The notes under the pieces were generated by a model. It saw only the letters and a list, made by a program, of their open reading frames with translations, was not told where the DNA came from and searched no databases. Source: an uncultured virus (IMG/VR IMGVR_UViG_3300011906_000002) (taxonomy: Duplodnaviria > Heunggongvirae > Uroviricota > Caudoviricetes). Taken from it: DNA of 37,076 bases. The position numbers were made by a program, and so were the translations under genes. Location: the IMG/VR virus record IMGVR_UViG_3300011906_000002, positions 186,001 to 223,076 of that record, one strand, 5' to 3'. This document shows, piece after piece, positions 9,545 through 18,769 of the stretch (the stretch's first letter is position 1; every line of letters starts with the position of its first letter).

Positions 9545-10132
9545 ATGATCATTGAGAAACCTGGGCATTCCCCCGCCGAAAAGATTTTCCAGTATTACGT
9601 CGATTGCTTTATCCCTCAGTTGTATCTGGTGGATCAGTCTTTCGTCGAAGAGTTCGGCCTCCAAACCTCGATGAGTGAGGAGTTGGATAATGGGCGGATG
9701 AACGCACCGGTTCCGGCGCGGTTGACTGTAGCGCAGATGGCTGACAAAGCGCGACAGGGTGCCCAGATTGCTCTCATGTATCCAGATGACTCCAAGCAGA
9801 TCTACGAGTGGATTCGGGACCATGTGAACGATTGGCACGATGCCTTGCTGATGGACCCCAACCGCCGTGACGCACCAGTGGAAGACTTGGCGATCTTAGA
9901 AGAGTTCGCTGAACAAGTGTTCCCAATGGCCCGGACGTATATGGACTCGCAACCGACCGCCTCGAAACTGTTTAACGCTTTGGAGCGGATGAACAAGCGT
10001 CGCAGTGTACGCCGTCGTGTATCGCAAGAGCAGGCTGAGATGCCAAAGGTGGAATACACCCACAACAGCTTGGCTCACGTGATCACCGACATGGTGGAGA
10101 AACGCGGAGGACGCGACAGTGTTGGAGAATAG
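9545..10132 (+). CDS. Conserved phiKZ-like hypothetical protein (gp100-like)
   Basis: 195 aa; abuts upstream stop; APVEDL..LEEFA motif; synteny. Confidence 0.6.
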   Translation: MIIEKPGHSPAEKIFQYYVDCFIPQLYLVDQSFVEEFGLQTSMSEELDNGRMNAPVPARLTVAQMADKARQGAQIALMYPDDSKQIYEWIRDHVNDWHDALLMDPNRRDAPVEDLAILEEFAEQVFPMARTYMDSQPTASKLFNALERMNKRRSVRRRVSQEQAEMPKVEYTHNSLAHVITDMVEKRGGRDSVGE

Positions 10133-11465
10133 CTCACTGATGAATGCTGTTCGAGAAGTCACGGACAGCAAGACCCCGTTGTTAATGTACCGGTACAGTG
10201 CGGTGGTGCGTTTACCAGACGGCCAAGAAATCACACCACTGCGGTTAGTGTCTACGGACATTGCACGCGACTACCTTAAAGCCTTTGCTGATGACACCTA
10301 TATCACACTGGTCTTCGGGGTAGGGACGTACAGCAAGTACATCTACGCCAACAAGGAGCGGTTGACGGTCTTTGTTACGCGTGAAGCTGTAGGCGACTTT
10401 ATAGGGGCGGCTGACGAACCCATCTTAAGCCGTGAGTTCAAGGCCGTACTCTGTGAAAACAAGGACGTTGCTGCAGCTTCTGGCTCAGGGATCTTGGATG
10501 ACGTAGAGGTGGCTGATACCGCTAACTTGGCGATGGTGCGTTTTCAGTTGATTGATCGTTCCACCGAGTGGTTGCGCTCAGTGTCTATCGGTGGAAGCTT
10601 TCGCAAATGTACTGCCGCTGAAGTGCTGCTCTCGTTGTTGTCAACCAAAACCCAAGAGATCCCTCGGGAAGTGGTGGGCGAACAAGGTCGGGTGGATATG
10701 GTGCCTGCGGACAACACGCAGATCCGTGACCACGTGGTGATCCCACATTCTACACCGTTGGTAGAGTTGGGTGATTTCCTTCAGGAGAAGTGTGGGGGGA
10801 TTTACTCAACCGGACTCGGTATTTACTTACTAGCAGGCGACTGGTATGTGTGGCCTGCACTCAACACCAAACGGTTTGAGCAAAGTCCGCGTGGATTGAC
10901 TGTACTAAACGTCCCAGAAGAAAAGATGCCCAGCATTGAACGAACCTGGTTGCAAAAAGGCAATCAGTTAATCGTACTCTCGACTGGACGTACCGACATC
11001 ACAGACGTTTCTGATAAAGCCAAACTCGACCAAGGGATCGGGATACGCTTTAACGACGCCAAAGGGTTGCTAGACGGTTTTGCTTCCACTGTTGGAAACA
11101 TTGCTAAAGCGGCTCGTGGTAAGAACGTAACGGAAGTGTTGATCGATACTGCCATCGATGGCATGGCACACGTTGCACGCAGCGCTAGTAAGGTGAGTAG
11201 CAATCTGTTCTCGGAGCTGTCCAACACAGCCTTTCGAAAGGGTAATAACGTCACGGCCACTTGGGAGAACTCAGACCACACATTACTGTACCCCGGCATG
11301 CCGGTGCGGTTCATGTACGAGTTCGAGAACCAAGTGCGTATCCGGTACGGAACCTTGGTGGGTGACCAACACTTTATCTCAATGGAAGGTAAGGGTGGAA
11401 CTAGCCAACGGTTCAAATCCAACACTGCACTGTATTTGTTCCTAAATAAGGAAGAGGGGTCGTAA
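10119..11465 (+). CDS. Virion structural protein (phiKZ gp101-like, possible baseplate hub)
   Basis: 448 aa; GTG start after GGAGGA; LQEKCGGIYSTGLGIY and WENSD..LLYPGMPV motifs; hub function is inference. Confidence 0.6.
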   Translation: MLENSSLMNAVREVTDSKTPLLMYRYSAVVRLPDGQEITPLRLVSTDIARDYLKAFADDTYITLVFGVGTYSKYIYANKERLTVFVTREAVGDFIGAADEPILSREFKAVLCENKDVAAASGSGILDDVEVADTANLAMVRFQLIDRSTEWLRSVSIGGSFRKCTAAEVLLSLLSTKTQEIPREVVGEQGRVDMVPADNTQIRDHVVIPHSTPLVELGDFLQEKCGGIYSTGLGIYLLAGDWYVWPALNTKRFEQSPRGLTVLNVPEEKMPSIERTWLQKGNQLIVLSTGRTDITDVSDKAKLDQGIGIRFNDAKGLLDGFASTVGNIAKAARGKNVTEVLIDTAIDGMAHVARSASKVSSNLFSELSNTAFRKGNNVTATWENSDHTLLYPGMPVRFMYEFENQVRIRYGTLVGDQHFISMEGKGGTSQRFKSNTALYLFLNKEEGS

Positions 11466-12068
11466 ATGTTCATTGTGTTTGAAGGCGGGGAAGGGTGCGG
11501 GAAAACCACACTGCGTCGTGCGGTGGGTGAGCGACTAGAGGCAATGGGACATACGGTCACGTATACGCGGGAACCTGGCGGTACACCCATGGCTGAAGAG
11601 ATTCGGTCGTTAATCCTGAGTCATCGGGACGAAGAGGTGGATGTTGTTACAGAAGCCTTGTTGTTCTTTGCTGCCCGCCGTCAACACCTTGAACAAGTCA
11701 TCAAACCTAACCTGAAGCTTGGACACATCGTCCTGTGTGACCGGTTCATCGATTCTACCTACGCCCTACAATGTGCAGGTGGTAGTCTTTCCCAATCCGT
11801 GTTCGATACTTTGGTTGAGACCACCCTAGGTACCTTGCGCCCTGACTTGACGGTGGTGCTGGATCTTGATCCTGTAATCTCCTTTGATCTGGTGCGTGAG
11901 CGGGGACAACTGGACCGGATGGAGTCTAAGGGGCTTGAGTACCATCAACGGGTGCGAACAGGTTTCTTGGAACAGCTCCAGCGTGACCCTGCGCGTTACT
12001 ATTTGATGACAGCCCATCGGGATCTGGATCGGATGGTGCAGGAAGTGATCAACCGTTCTGGCTTGTAA
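11466..12068 (+). CDS. tmk: Thymidylate (dTMP) kinase
   Basis: FIVFEGGEGCGKTT P-loop, TREPGGTP, LLFFAARRQH, CDRFIDSTYALQ, PDLTVVLD, DRME. Confidence 0.97.
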   Translation: MFIVFEGGEGCGKTTLRRAVGERLEAMGHTVTYTREPGGTPMAEEIRSLILSHRDEEVDVVTEALLFFAARRQHLEQVIKPNLKLGHIVLCDRFIDSTYALQCAGGSLSQSVFDTLVETTLGTLRPDLTVVLDLDPVISFDLVRERGQLDRMESKGLEYHQRVRTGFLEQLQRDPARYYLMTAHRDLDRMVQEVINRSGL

Positions 12069-12111
12069 CGGCATAAAACGTACAGGGAGGCCGAAGCCTC
12101 CCTGTATGCCG
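12069..12111. terminator. Bidirectional terminator flanked on both sides by TATGCCG
   Basis: CGGCATAAAA..TACAGGGAGGC-CGAA-GCCTCCCTGTA-TGCCG between convergent genes. Confidence 0.85.
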
Positions 12112-12120
12112 CCTTAGCTA

Positions 12121-12636
12121 TTACGCTTCAAAACCATTCAGGTCTTGGTTGGGCGAGGCTTCGCTCATCGGAATCGGTTCAGGAATGAACTTCTTCACGG
12201 TGACATCAATTTGCCCAATGTAGCCGTAGCTACCGTCTACAGCAACCAGCTGAACGACTTCTTCATCCACACCGTTGAACGCAGGCAGTTCGCTTACGCT
12301 CAACTGTACTTCAGAAGCTGCCACGAGCAGCTGAGCAACCACTTGAGCCTTAACGTCTTCCAACGTCGAGGACTCGCCCAGTTGAACTACCACCGGCTCA
12401 ACCGATTGACCCGCAAGGTCAATACGAGTAAAGCGATGAGTCTGACTGTCAACAAAACCACTGCCTGGTAGTGCAGTGATTACGATCTGCGTGTTACGTG
12501 GATTGACCCCCGTCTCATCCACATATGCAGAAGGTACACTGACAGAGATCTGCTCAAGCGTAAAGCTTTGGGCATTGTCAGCGTTGATCAGAGCCAGAAC
12601 GTTCTCGATACCACTTTTGAGAATATCGTATTTCAT
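12121..12636 (-). CDS. Virion structural protein (jumbo-phage tail-associated family)
   Basis: 171 aa; LALIN..N, RNT.I.ITA..GSG...RIDL, SYGYIG and terminal DLNGF pattern seen in phiKZ-like virion paralogues; own late promoter and RBS. Confidence 0.65.
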   Translation of the reverse strand: MKYDILKSGIENVLALINADNAQSFTLEQISVSVPSAYVDETGVNPRNTQIVITALPGSGFVDSQTHRFTRIDLAGQSVEPVVVQLGESSTLEDVKAQVVAQLLVAASEVQLSVSELPAFNGVDEEVVQLVAVDGSYGYIGQIDVTVKKFIPEPIPMSEASPNQDLNGFEA

Positions 12637-12690
12637 GGTTGCTTCCCCTTTTCCTTCCTACCGTCGGTTCGAGAGTTACGCTTCCCCTCT

Positions 12691-12700
12691 CATACCATAC
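12691..12700 (-). promoter_or_regulatory. Putative late promoter (TATG type)
   Basis: CATACCATAC reads GTATGGTATG on the minus strand, 55 nt upstream of the ATG at 12636. Confidence 0.55.
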
Positions 12701-12726
12701 CGAGCCCTGGTTCGGTAATTAAACAC

Positions 12727-12754
12727 ATTTCAGACCTACATTATACAAGTGAAT
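12727..12754 (+). promoter_or_regulatory. Putative early (virion RNAP) promoter
   Basis: ATTTCAGACCTACATTATACAAGTGAAT, second copy of the 5029 motif, heading the long plus-strand accessory run. Confidence 0.7.
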
Positions 12755-12774
12755 CTGCTATTAGGTGTTACTTC

Positions 12775-13266
12775 ATGTTAGTACACGTAGATGTCTCAGA
12801 CTTACAACTGGCTCAAAACCATCTGTTCCGTCTATTCGAACCGTACTTGCTTGACTGTGCGATTAATTACTGCGCCAGCTATAGGTCCATGCCGTATGAG
12901 AAGTTTCACACGGAGATGATCGAGTACCTATTTGACGGGACCTTGATGGACGAGGACTTCCGGGTAGTGGGCCAGCCGGTGATGGATCGGTTAAACGATC
13001 TGGAGGAGCACGAGTTCAACATGTTGGCAATGATCAGCTACAGCATCTACCAACGTGTGACGCAGTTCTATTGTCACATCTGGCAGGAACCCTCACTGAA
13101 AGAATCGGTTTTAGTCGGCTACCAAGGGCATCGAAACTACCGGATGATTGAGGTGGAGATCGAGGTGGATGCACCAGACCACCTATTGGCTGCACTACAT
13201 AACCGCAGAATGATCAAACACAAAAAACCCATGCAAGACCTAACCTACATTCCTAAAGGGATATGA
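12775..13266 (+). CDS. Hypothetical protein
   Basis: ATG 12775 after AGGTG and downstream of the early promoter (the track start at 12568 overlaps the opposite gene); ATGA-coupled to the next gene. Confidence 0.65.
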   Translation: MLVHVDVSDLQLAQNHLFRLFEPYLLDCAINYCASYRSMPYEKFHTEMIEYLFDGTLMDEDFRVVGQPVMDRLNDLEEHEFNMLAMISYSIYQRVTQFYCHIWQEPSLKESVLVGYQGHRNYRMIEVEIEVDAPDHLLAALHNRRMIKHKKPMQDLTYIPKGI

Positions 13267-13892
13267 TGATGTTTAAACTGATTGAAGACCGTGTCAATGG
13301 AGAAAGCCGTTTCTCGCAAATCCGGGGTAGTTACCTGGGTAATGGTGAACTCGACGCGGAGGTCTTAGCTGAAGTTGGGGATCTGATCAACCAAGGCGTA
13401 TTGGGCTTTGTTCTGGCGTGGCATCCGATTCACGATGACAGCGAAGACTCGATCCAGTACGCACGCATTCTCCAAATCCCACAGCCTCGTGTGTTACGCA
13501 CGGTGGTGATTGAAGGGATCGATGGCATACCAGTCACCATCTCACCAAACCTCTCTACAGAGATGCGGTACGTTGTGATTGGTGATCTGTCGTTCTATGA
13601 CGTCCACGAATACAATTTCATGCGTAAGGAGGTGGAGAAAGCCTGTGTTGACAACAACCGTCCTCGTGCGTTTTTCGTAGACGGTGGTGAACTACGTGAC
13701 TACTTCACGTTGAACTACATGTCGTTTGGTGAAAACGAACTGTTGATGCCAACCGTCCCTAACGTGTGGATCATCGATGAGAGTGGTCGCCACATCTGTC
13801 GGGCTTTTACGCCCAGTTTCTACCCGGCAACCCTAGAAGACCTAGAGGATCTTGACGATGACGACAATCACACTGACCCGAGTGAAGTTTGA
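13263..13892 (+). CDS. Hypothetical protein
   Basis: 209 aa ORF in coupled run; acidic C-terminus. Confidence 0.65.
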   Translation: MMMFKLIEDRVNGESRFSQIRGSYLGNGELDAEVLAEVGDLINQGVLGFVLAWHPIHDDSEDSIQYARILQIPQPRVLRTVVIEGIDGIPVTISPNLSTEMRYVVIGDLSFYDVHEYNFMRKEVEKACVDNNRPRAFFVDGGELRDYFTLNYMSFGENELLMPTVPNVWIIDESGRHICRAFTPSFYPATLEDLEDLDDDDNHTDPSEV

Positions 13893-14124
13893 CGAGCAAC
13901 CGCAAGAAGGCCAGACCTACACGTTCGAAGAATCGAGCTTTATCGCAGAGCTGTTAGCCCATCCCGATTTCCAAGTCCCCGGCGAGAAAAACGTCGAGGT
14001 GACGGTCATGGACATGGGCGACTGGGGTTACCCGATTGAAATCGAACGTCAGCAACAAAGCGGCCACATGTACAGCATGTTGGTCGGACACATCGATGTC
14101 AACCCCCACGAACTTAACCTGTAA
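13858..14124 (+). CDS. Hypothetical protein
   Basis: ATG 13858 after AGAGGA; phage-like codon usage. Confidence 0.6.
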   Translation: MTTITLTRVKFDEQPQEGQTYTFEESSFIAELLAHPDFQVPGEKNVEVTVMDMGDWGYPIEIERQQQSGHMYSMLVGHIDVNPHELNL

Positions 14125-14141
14125 CTAATAAGGATACACTC

Positions 14142-14423
14142 ATGATGCGTGGCACCCAGTGGCAGTCTTTTATCGAAAAGACGTGTGTTGAAATGGAACA
14201 ACTTCCAGAGGACGCCCCTCTACTGAAAACCCTGGGGGTGGACCGTGGCGTGGCACTGGCTAAGCGCATCCATGAGTTGTTTCCTCAGTACGCCGAGTCG
14301 CACCCGGTGTTGAGTGAACGGTTTACGAACCTGCTCAAAGACTGGAAGTTTCGCAGTCATCTCGAATTCATGACGCCCGAAGAAATTGTGCGGGTGGTTA
14401 CGGAGAACAACCTCCGGTTTTAA
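14142..14423 (+). CDS. Hypothetical protein
   Basis: 93 aa; AAGGA RBS. Confidence 0.65.
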   Translation: MMRGTQWQSFIEKTCVEMEQLPEDAPLLKTLGVDRGVALAKRIHELFPQYAESHPVLSERFTNLLKDWKFRSHLEFMTPEEIVRVVTENNLRF

Positions 14424-14483
14424 AAAACGCCCAAGTCCCATATTGTGAGCAAACCCCTTTAACCTTAATTTCGTAGTTAGACC

Positions 14484-14684
14484 ATGGTCAAAACCTCGTA
14501 CATCGCGCGGGATCGTCTGTATACCAAACTGGCTCGCAAAGGCTATCACGTTCAAGCAATACTGCGATGCGTCGATGAGCTTACCCCGGCTGAGAAAGAC
14601 CCAGTTGAGTTGTTCAACTTGGCCGATGTAAACGACTGGATTGCTGCGAACCCGAAAGACACTGTCAACACCACAAGGAAATAA
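14484..14684 (+). CDS. Hypothetical protein
   Basis: 66 aa; fills the gap and ends 6 nt before the next gene. Confidence 0.55.
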   Translation: MVKTSYIARDRLYTKLARKGYHVQAILRCVDELTPAEKDPVELFNLADVNDWIAANPKDTVNTTRK

Positions 14685-14690
14685 CGACTC

Positions 14691-15632
14691 ATGTCGAAGA
14701 AAGAAATGGTCCTGGTACACCCTACCGCTCAAATCAATGCGTTGTTCCCCAAAGAAGGTTTTGCCCTAGGTCAGGACCTGGCTCCCAACTTCGCCGACAT
14801 CCAAGCGCTCGAAGCCCAACTGGTTGACGGTCTGTCGATCCAACGTCGTGAAGCGGTGGAGGAGAACTCGAGCTACCGTCACTTCCTGCCTTACGTTCAA
14901 CTGATGCGCGTCAACCCCGAAGGCAAGTTGGAAGTCTTCGCATACCAGCGCGTTAAAGGTGTAGGTGAAGAACGACTGCTGGGTCGTCACTCCATCGGTC
15001 TGGGTGGTCACATCAACGTCAGTCACTGTCAGTTCTACGACGGACACACCAACCTCAACCTCGGTATGACCATCATGTACAACGTGATGGAAGAACTGTG
15101 CGAAGAGCTGTCCTACGAAAACGTTCCGTTCATGCAAGCAATGTTGGACCGCAACATCCGTTCGCAGCCGAACATCTATGGTTACCTGAACGACAACAGC
15201 GACAAAGTCGGTCAGCGCCATCTGGGCGTTACCATGTTGATGATGGTGCCGTATGGCTACGATCCGATCTGCACCGAAGAGTCCATGGTCACCGTCGGCT
15301 TCGTGGAACTCGAGACGCTGCGTGCCAATCTCGATCAGTACTCCTTCGAAAACTGGTCGCGGTTGATCATCGAAGGACTGCCTGCTGAATTCACCAACGA
15401 CCTGATCGAAGCCGGCAAGCGCGCCGCTGAAGAATTCCGCGTGTTTGAAGCAGAACAAGCAGAAGCCCTGAAAGGCCTGGTGGCCGTCGGCGGCATCGAA
15501 GGCGTACAAAGCGAAGGTCTTGTAAAAGAAGGCTTCCAGCTTGATGATGTAGATAACCGCGTTATCGCGGAAGTCGCCTTGGACCCGAGTGAAGAAACCT
15601 GCTCGGCTGAATGTCAAGCTGACCGTCTGTAA
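14691..15632 (+). CDS. NUDIX-like phosphoesterase (YmaB/COG4112-type)
   Basis: R...EE..SYR..LPY, Y.R..G.GE.RL....SIGLGGHIN, EELCEEL (degenerate Nudix box), ND.S..VG..HLG, ENWS; acidic C-terminal extension. Confidence 0.8.
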   Translation: MSKKEMVLVHPTAQINALFPKEGFALGQDLAPNFADIQALEAQLVDGLSIQRREAVEENSSYRHFLPYVQLMRVNPEGKLEVFAYQRVKGVGEERLLGRHSIGLGGHINVSHCQFYDGHTNLNLGMTIMYNVMEELCEELSYENVPFMQAMLDRNIRSQPNIYGYLNDNSDKVGQRHLGVTMLMMVPYGYDPICTEESMVTVGFVELETLRANLDQYSFENWSRLIIEGLPAEFTNDLIEAGKRAAEEFRVFEAEQAEALKGLVAVGGIEGVQSEGLVKEGFQLDDVDNRVIAEVALDPSEETCSAECQADRL

Positions 15633-15645
15633 CCCGCAAACGTAA

Positions 15646-15678
15646 CAGAGTGGGTCGCGAGGCTCACTCTGCTATGCC
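15646..15678 (+). terminator. Terminator-like hairpin with TATGCC tail
   Basis: CAGAGTGGGTC-GCGA-GGCTCACTCTG then CTATGCC. Confidence 0.7.
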
Positions 15679-15692
15679 ATCAAGGAACGAGT

Positions 15693-16661
15693 ATGAGCAC
15701 ACCAAGCCTCATTCAACGTGCATTCAATGCGCTCTACAATCTTAACAAACCCCATCGCAATAGCGTGTTGTTTATCAAAGTGAAAGCTGCGATTAAAGCT
15801 GATGGGTGTGCCTACGTTCGCCACAACGATCTAGGAGGTCGTCAACTCGGCCTTAGTTCGCAAATTCGCATGATTACAAGTGCGGACTACGATCGCAGTA
15901 AACGCGAAGAATCCTACGCAATACTCAACCCCTACACTCACGAACGCAGTACCTTTACCTACACCGTGGAAGAGGTTCCCAAAGCCGCACTGTTGCACGC
16001 TGGTAACTTCAGGTATGTAGCCCTCACCCAAGGTGTGGACGAACGTCTGGCGGCTTCCTACGCTACCAAGGCGATGTCTTTGCACCGCGTGGTTGAATGG
16101 GTGGTCGGGACAGATACCTTTGGTAATCTGCTGACCCTGTACTCGGGGTCTCGTCCCTGTGGCAGCGCTAGTCTTTCCCAAGGCAGTATCATCAACTTCA
16201 ATGTCCTGGATGCTGAAACACTGAAGTTCAAACACATTATCCACTGGGACTACACCAAAGGCCACCTGTGGAATGCGGTATTAAATCCCATCCCGATGGG
16301 TCGTCCGTTACTCAGCCATTGGTTATTAGCCAGTGAACCTGAGGAAAGTTTGTTCAACTGGACGTTTAAGACTCAGCGTTACGTTGAGGAAGACCATCCC
16401 CATGTTCGCACTAAGTGGGGAACCCCGTGTTTTAGCGGTTTCAACTACGGTGACCTCGTAGCCACCCCTACCTGGGTAGGAATGGTTGTGGGTGAATGTA
16501 CCTCAGAAACAGAAGAGACCGTTATCGTGGTAGTTGATTTCCCTGGTCGTCGAGGCGAGTCAAAAATCAAGTACAGTCTGTACCAACCCGAGCGTATATT
16601 TAGCTTGGTTGATCTTATCCACAACCCACAGGTTGCTACCATCGCTCAAGCAACCGCCTAA
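15693..16661 (+). CDS. Hypothetical protein
   Basis: 322 aa; AAGGA RBS. Confidence 0.7.
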   Translation: MSTPSLIQRAFNALYNLNKPHRNSVLFIKVKAAIKADGCAYVRHNDLGGRQLGLSSQIRMITSADYDRSKREESYAILNPYTHERSTFTYTVEEVPKAALLHAGNFRYVALTQGVDERLAASYATKAMSLHRVVEWVVGTDTFGNLLTLYSGSRPCGSASLSQGSIINFNVLDAETLKFKHIIHWDYTKGHLWNAVLNPIPMGRPLLSHWLLASEPEESLFNWTFKTQRYVEEDHPHVRTKWGTPCFSGFNYGDLVATPTWVGMVVGECTSETEETVIVVVDFPGRRGESKIKYSLYQPERIFSLVDLIHNPQVATIAQATA

Positions 16662-16681
16662 TCTTAAAGGACTAAGTTCCC

Positions 16682-17116
16682 ATGTCAGTACAACAATACG
16701 ATCAGTTCCGTACCTTCAAAACCACCCAAGCTCAAGAGTTCCTGTTTGTAAAACAAGAACCCCACTTGTGGACTGGGTACTTTGAAGAACTCGGGGTTTG
16801 TCCCGACGGTCACGTTCGGGTTTTTCACGTTACTGGGTTTATGACCAATGATGCCATTGTGTTGTTGACCACGGTGATTGATCGTCCTGTGAGCATTCGT
16901 CTGCCGGAAGTTGACCTCAGTAAGTTGCCAGTGAAGCCCACTGTTTACTTAGGGTGTGCAGAAGGTTTGGATCACGCCACCGACGAGTTTGCAGATCGAC
17001 TCCTCGATTGTTTGATGTACCAAAGCCCAACGCAGCGGACGTTGGACAAAGAACGCTTTCTCAGTCACTTCTGGGCGGGCTTGGAACTCCATGGTCGGGT
17101 AACCGTGACATTCTAA
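16682..17116 (+). CDS. Hypothetical protein
   Basis: 144 aa; AAGGGA RBS. Confidence 0.65.
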   Translation: MSVQQYDQFRTFKTTQAQEFLFVKQEPHLWTGYFEELGVCPDGHVRVFHVTGFMTNDAIVLLTTVIDRPVSIRLPEVDLSKLPVKPTVYLGCAEGLDHATDEFADRLLDCLMYQSPTQRTLDKERFLSHFWAGLELHGRVTVTF

Positions 17117-17172
17117 TTCAACTAAGGTCAGTTCGCTGGCCTTTTCTTTTTGGATCAATGAGGGTTAGACTC

Positions 17173-17814
17173 ATGCGTAAGATGTACTTTGCTTTGAATG
17201 CCTTGATCACCCCACACCTCAAGGACCTGGACACCTCTGTCAGACTCAGACTGTCTCCTGATCTTGAGTACGTTAATCAGGCCTTCAATGAAGACGTCCT
17301 CTCTGTTGAGATCGATGACGAACAGATTGTGTCGTACGACGGTGACGAAGGCTACGCACAAATCAGTGAGTTGCATCGGGCGGGTAAAACTCCAGATGGG
17401 TTCTGGACACAAAATGAGAGTCTGTTCGCCGACTACTCAGGTCCGCTTGGGGTGGTTAAAGATGCCGAGGTTGTAGTCCGCGCAGCGTCCCATGAGTTGG
17501 ATAGCGTCCCCCACATCCGCGTGATCATTACCTCCGAAAGTGAACTGCGTACCGATCCTTGGTGGTGGGCAACTGATGTAGTCGGTGTGTTGGTTAAGAA
17601 GTACGCACCGGATTGGGCCAGCATTGCCTATGCGGGGGTGAAGGTCAATGACAAAGCGTTTGAAGCCTATTACATCCCCACAGTCGTTAAACCCAAAGAA
17701 CTGCGCAAGACTGTCACTCAAGTGATAGAAGTTGCTTCTACCGCGTTGACCAACATCAGTAACGCCTTTTACAGCTTCGATAAAAAAGAAGTGGATCTGG
17801 ACCTGTTCCTGTAA
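17173..17814 (+). CDS. Hypothetical protein
   Basis: ATG 17173 after GAGGG (track start overlaps the upstream gene); about 213 aa. Confidence 0.65.
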   Translation: MRKMYFALNALITPHLKDLDTSVRLRLSPDLEYVNQAFNEDVLSVEIDDEQIVSYDGDEGYAQISELHRAGKTPDGFWTQNESLFADYSGPLGVVKDAEVVVRAASHELDSVPHIRVIITSESELRTDPWWWATDVVGVLVKKYAPDWASIAYAGVKVNDKAFEAYYIPTVVKPKELRKTVTQVIEVASTALTNISNAFYSFDKKEVDLDLFL

Positions 17815-17853
17815 CCGCACCACCTTAAACGCACTGAGCAGGATTGTACAACC

Positions 17854-18237
17854 ATGAAGAACCAACTTCCCCGTGTATACCGTTACAAGCCCGTGATTGG
17901 CAGCCGCGTTGCTGACAAGTTCATGTTGAGGATGCCCGACAAGATGCGGGACGATGTAAAGGAGCGGGCGGGAGAAAACAATCGTTCGATGAACTCAGAA
18001 CTCCTCGATATGATTGAGCGACAACTCAATGCTTCGTCGGAAAGTGCTAAATGGATTCCGACCGTGGGTCAGGTGGTTAGATACGAAGAAAAGTATTATG
18101 TCATCGACAACTTTGTATTTGAACGTGGTGGCCTTTACGCAAAGTTGAAGCCCACGTTTCTTCAGTCAGGAAGTTTTGGTCTACCTCCAGAAGACCCAAC
18201 CGTCCTGGTCTTTGAACTTACACCCCTACAACTCTAA
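17854..18237 (+). CDS. Arc/AmrZ-like ribbon-helix-helix DNA-binding protein
   Basis: SRVADKFMLRMPDKMRDDVKERAGENNRSMNSELLDMIERQL matches the Arc family and Pseudomonas AmrZ (SRTADKFVVRLPEGMREQI...HHRSMNSEII). Confidence 0.85.
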   Translation: MKNQLPRVYRYKPVIGSRVADKFMLRMPDKMRDDVKERAGENNRSMNSELLDMIERQLNASSESAKWIPTVGQVVRYEEKYYVIDNFVFERGGLYAKLKPTFLQSGSFGLPPEDPTVLVFELTPLQL

Positions 18238-18253
18238 ACTTAAGGCGACTCCG

Positions 18254-18766
18254 ATGAAAGAAGAAACCCTCAAAGAACTGGGACGCATTAACGAAAACCT
18301 GACGACCACTATTGAACGGACCTATGGTAAGTGGTGTTGTTCGGTTCTGAGCACCCTCTACACTGACCTAGGGCCTGGCGATAAGATCCACATCCTGGTT
18401 TACCAACCGGCGAAAAACCGACCCATACTGGCACCCTTTGTCAATGAGGCTAGTCAGTGCGTGTTGCTTAACATCAATCCAGAAGCGGTACTACGCTTTT
18501 CCATGGACTTCAAGGGCCTGACCTTTGAGTGTGGTCTGCGTGGTCAGGTGTTCTTTGACACCATCGAGTGGGAAGAAATCGCAGCCTTCGAAGTGCGTAA
18601 TGGGGGTTGGGTGAAATACCAAGTACCGTTGAATACAGAAGACGCCATTCTGATGGTTGATACCTTGACAACTACGCGAGGGATAGTGGCAGACCCTTTG
18701 CCGTTGTTGGAATCGGATGCACCGTCGAACAATGTTGTCCAGGTACAATTCGGTAATAAGGGGTAA
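18254..18766 (+). CDS. SspB-like (ClpXP adaptor) protein
   Basis: ATG 18254 after TAAGG; VLLNINPEAVLRFSMDFKGLTFECGLRGQVFFDTIEWEEIAAFEVRNG parallels SspB IVLNIAPRAVGNLEL....VRFNARFGG....VSVPLAAVLAIYARENG; flexible tail ending NNVVQVQFGNKG. Confidence 0.6.
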   Translation: MKEETLKELGRINENLTTTIERTYGKWCCSVLSTLYTDLGPGDKIHILVYQPAKNRPILAPFVNEASQCVLLNINPEAVLRFSMDFKGLTFECGLRGQVFFDTIEWEEIAAFEVRNGGWVKYQVPLNTEDAILMVDTLTTTRGIVADPLPLLESDAPSNNVVQVQFGNKG

Positions 18767-18769
18767 GTG

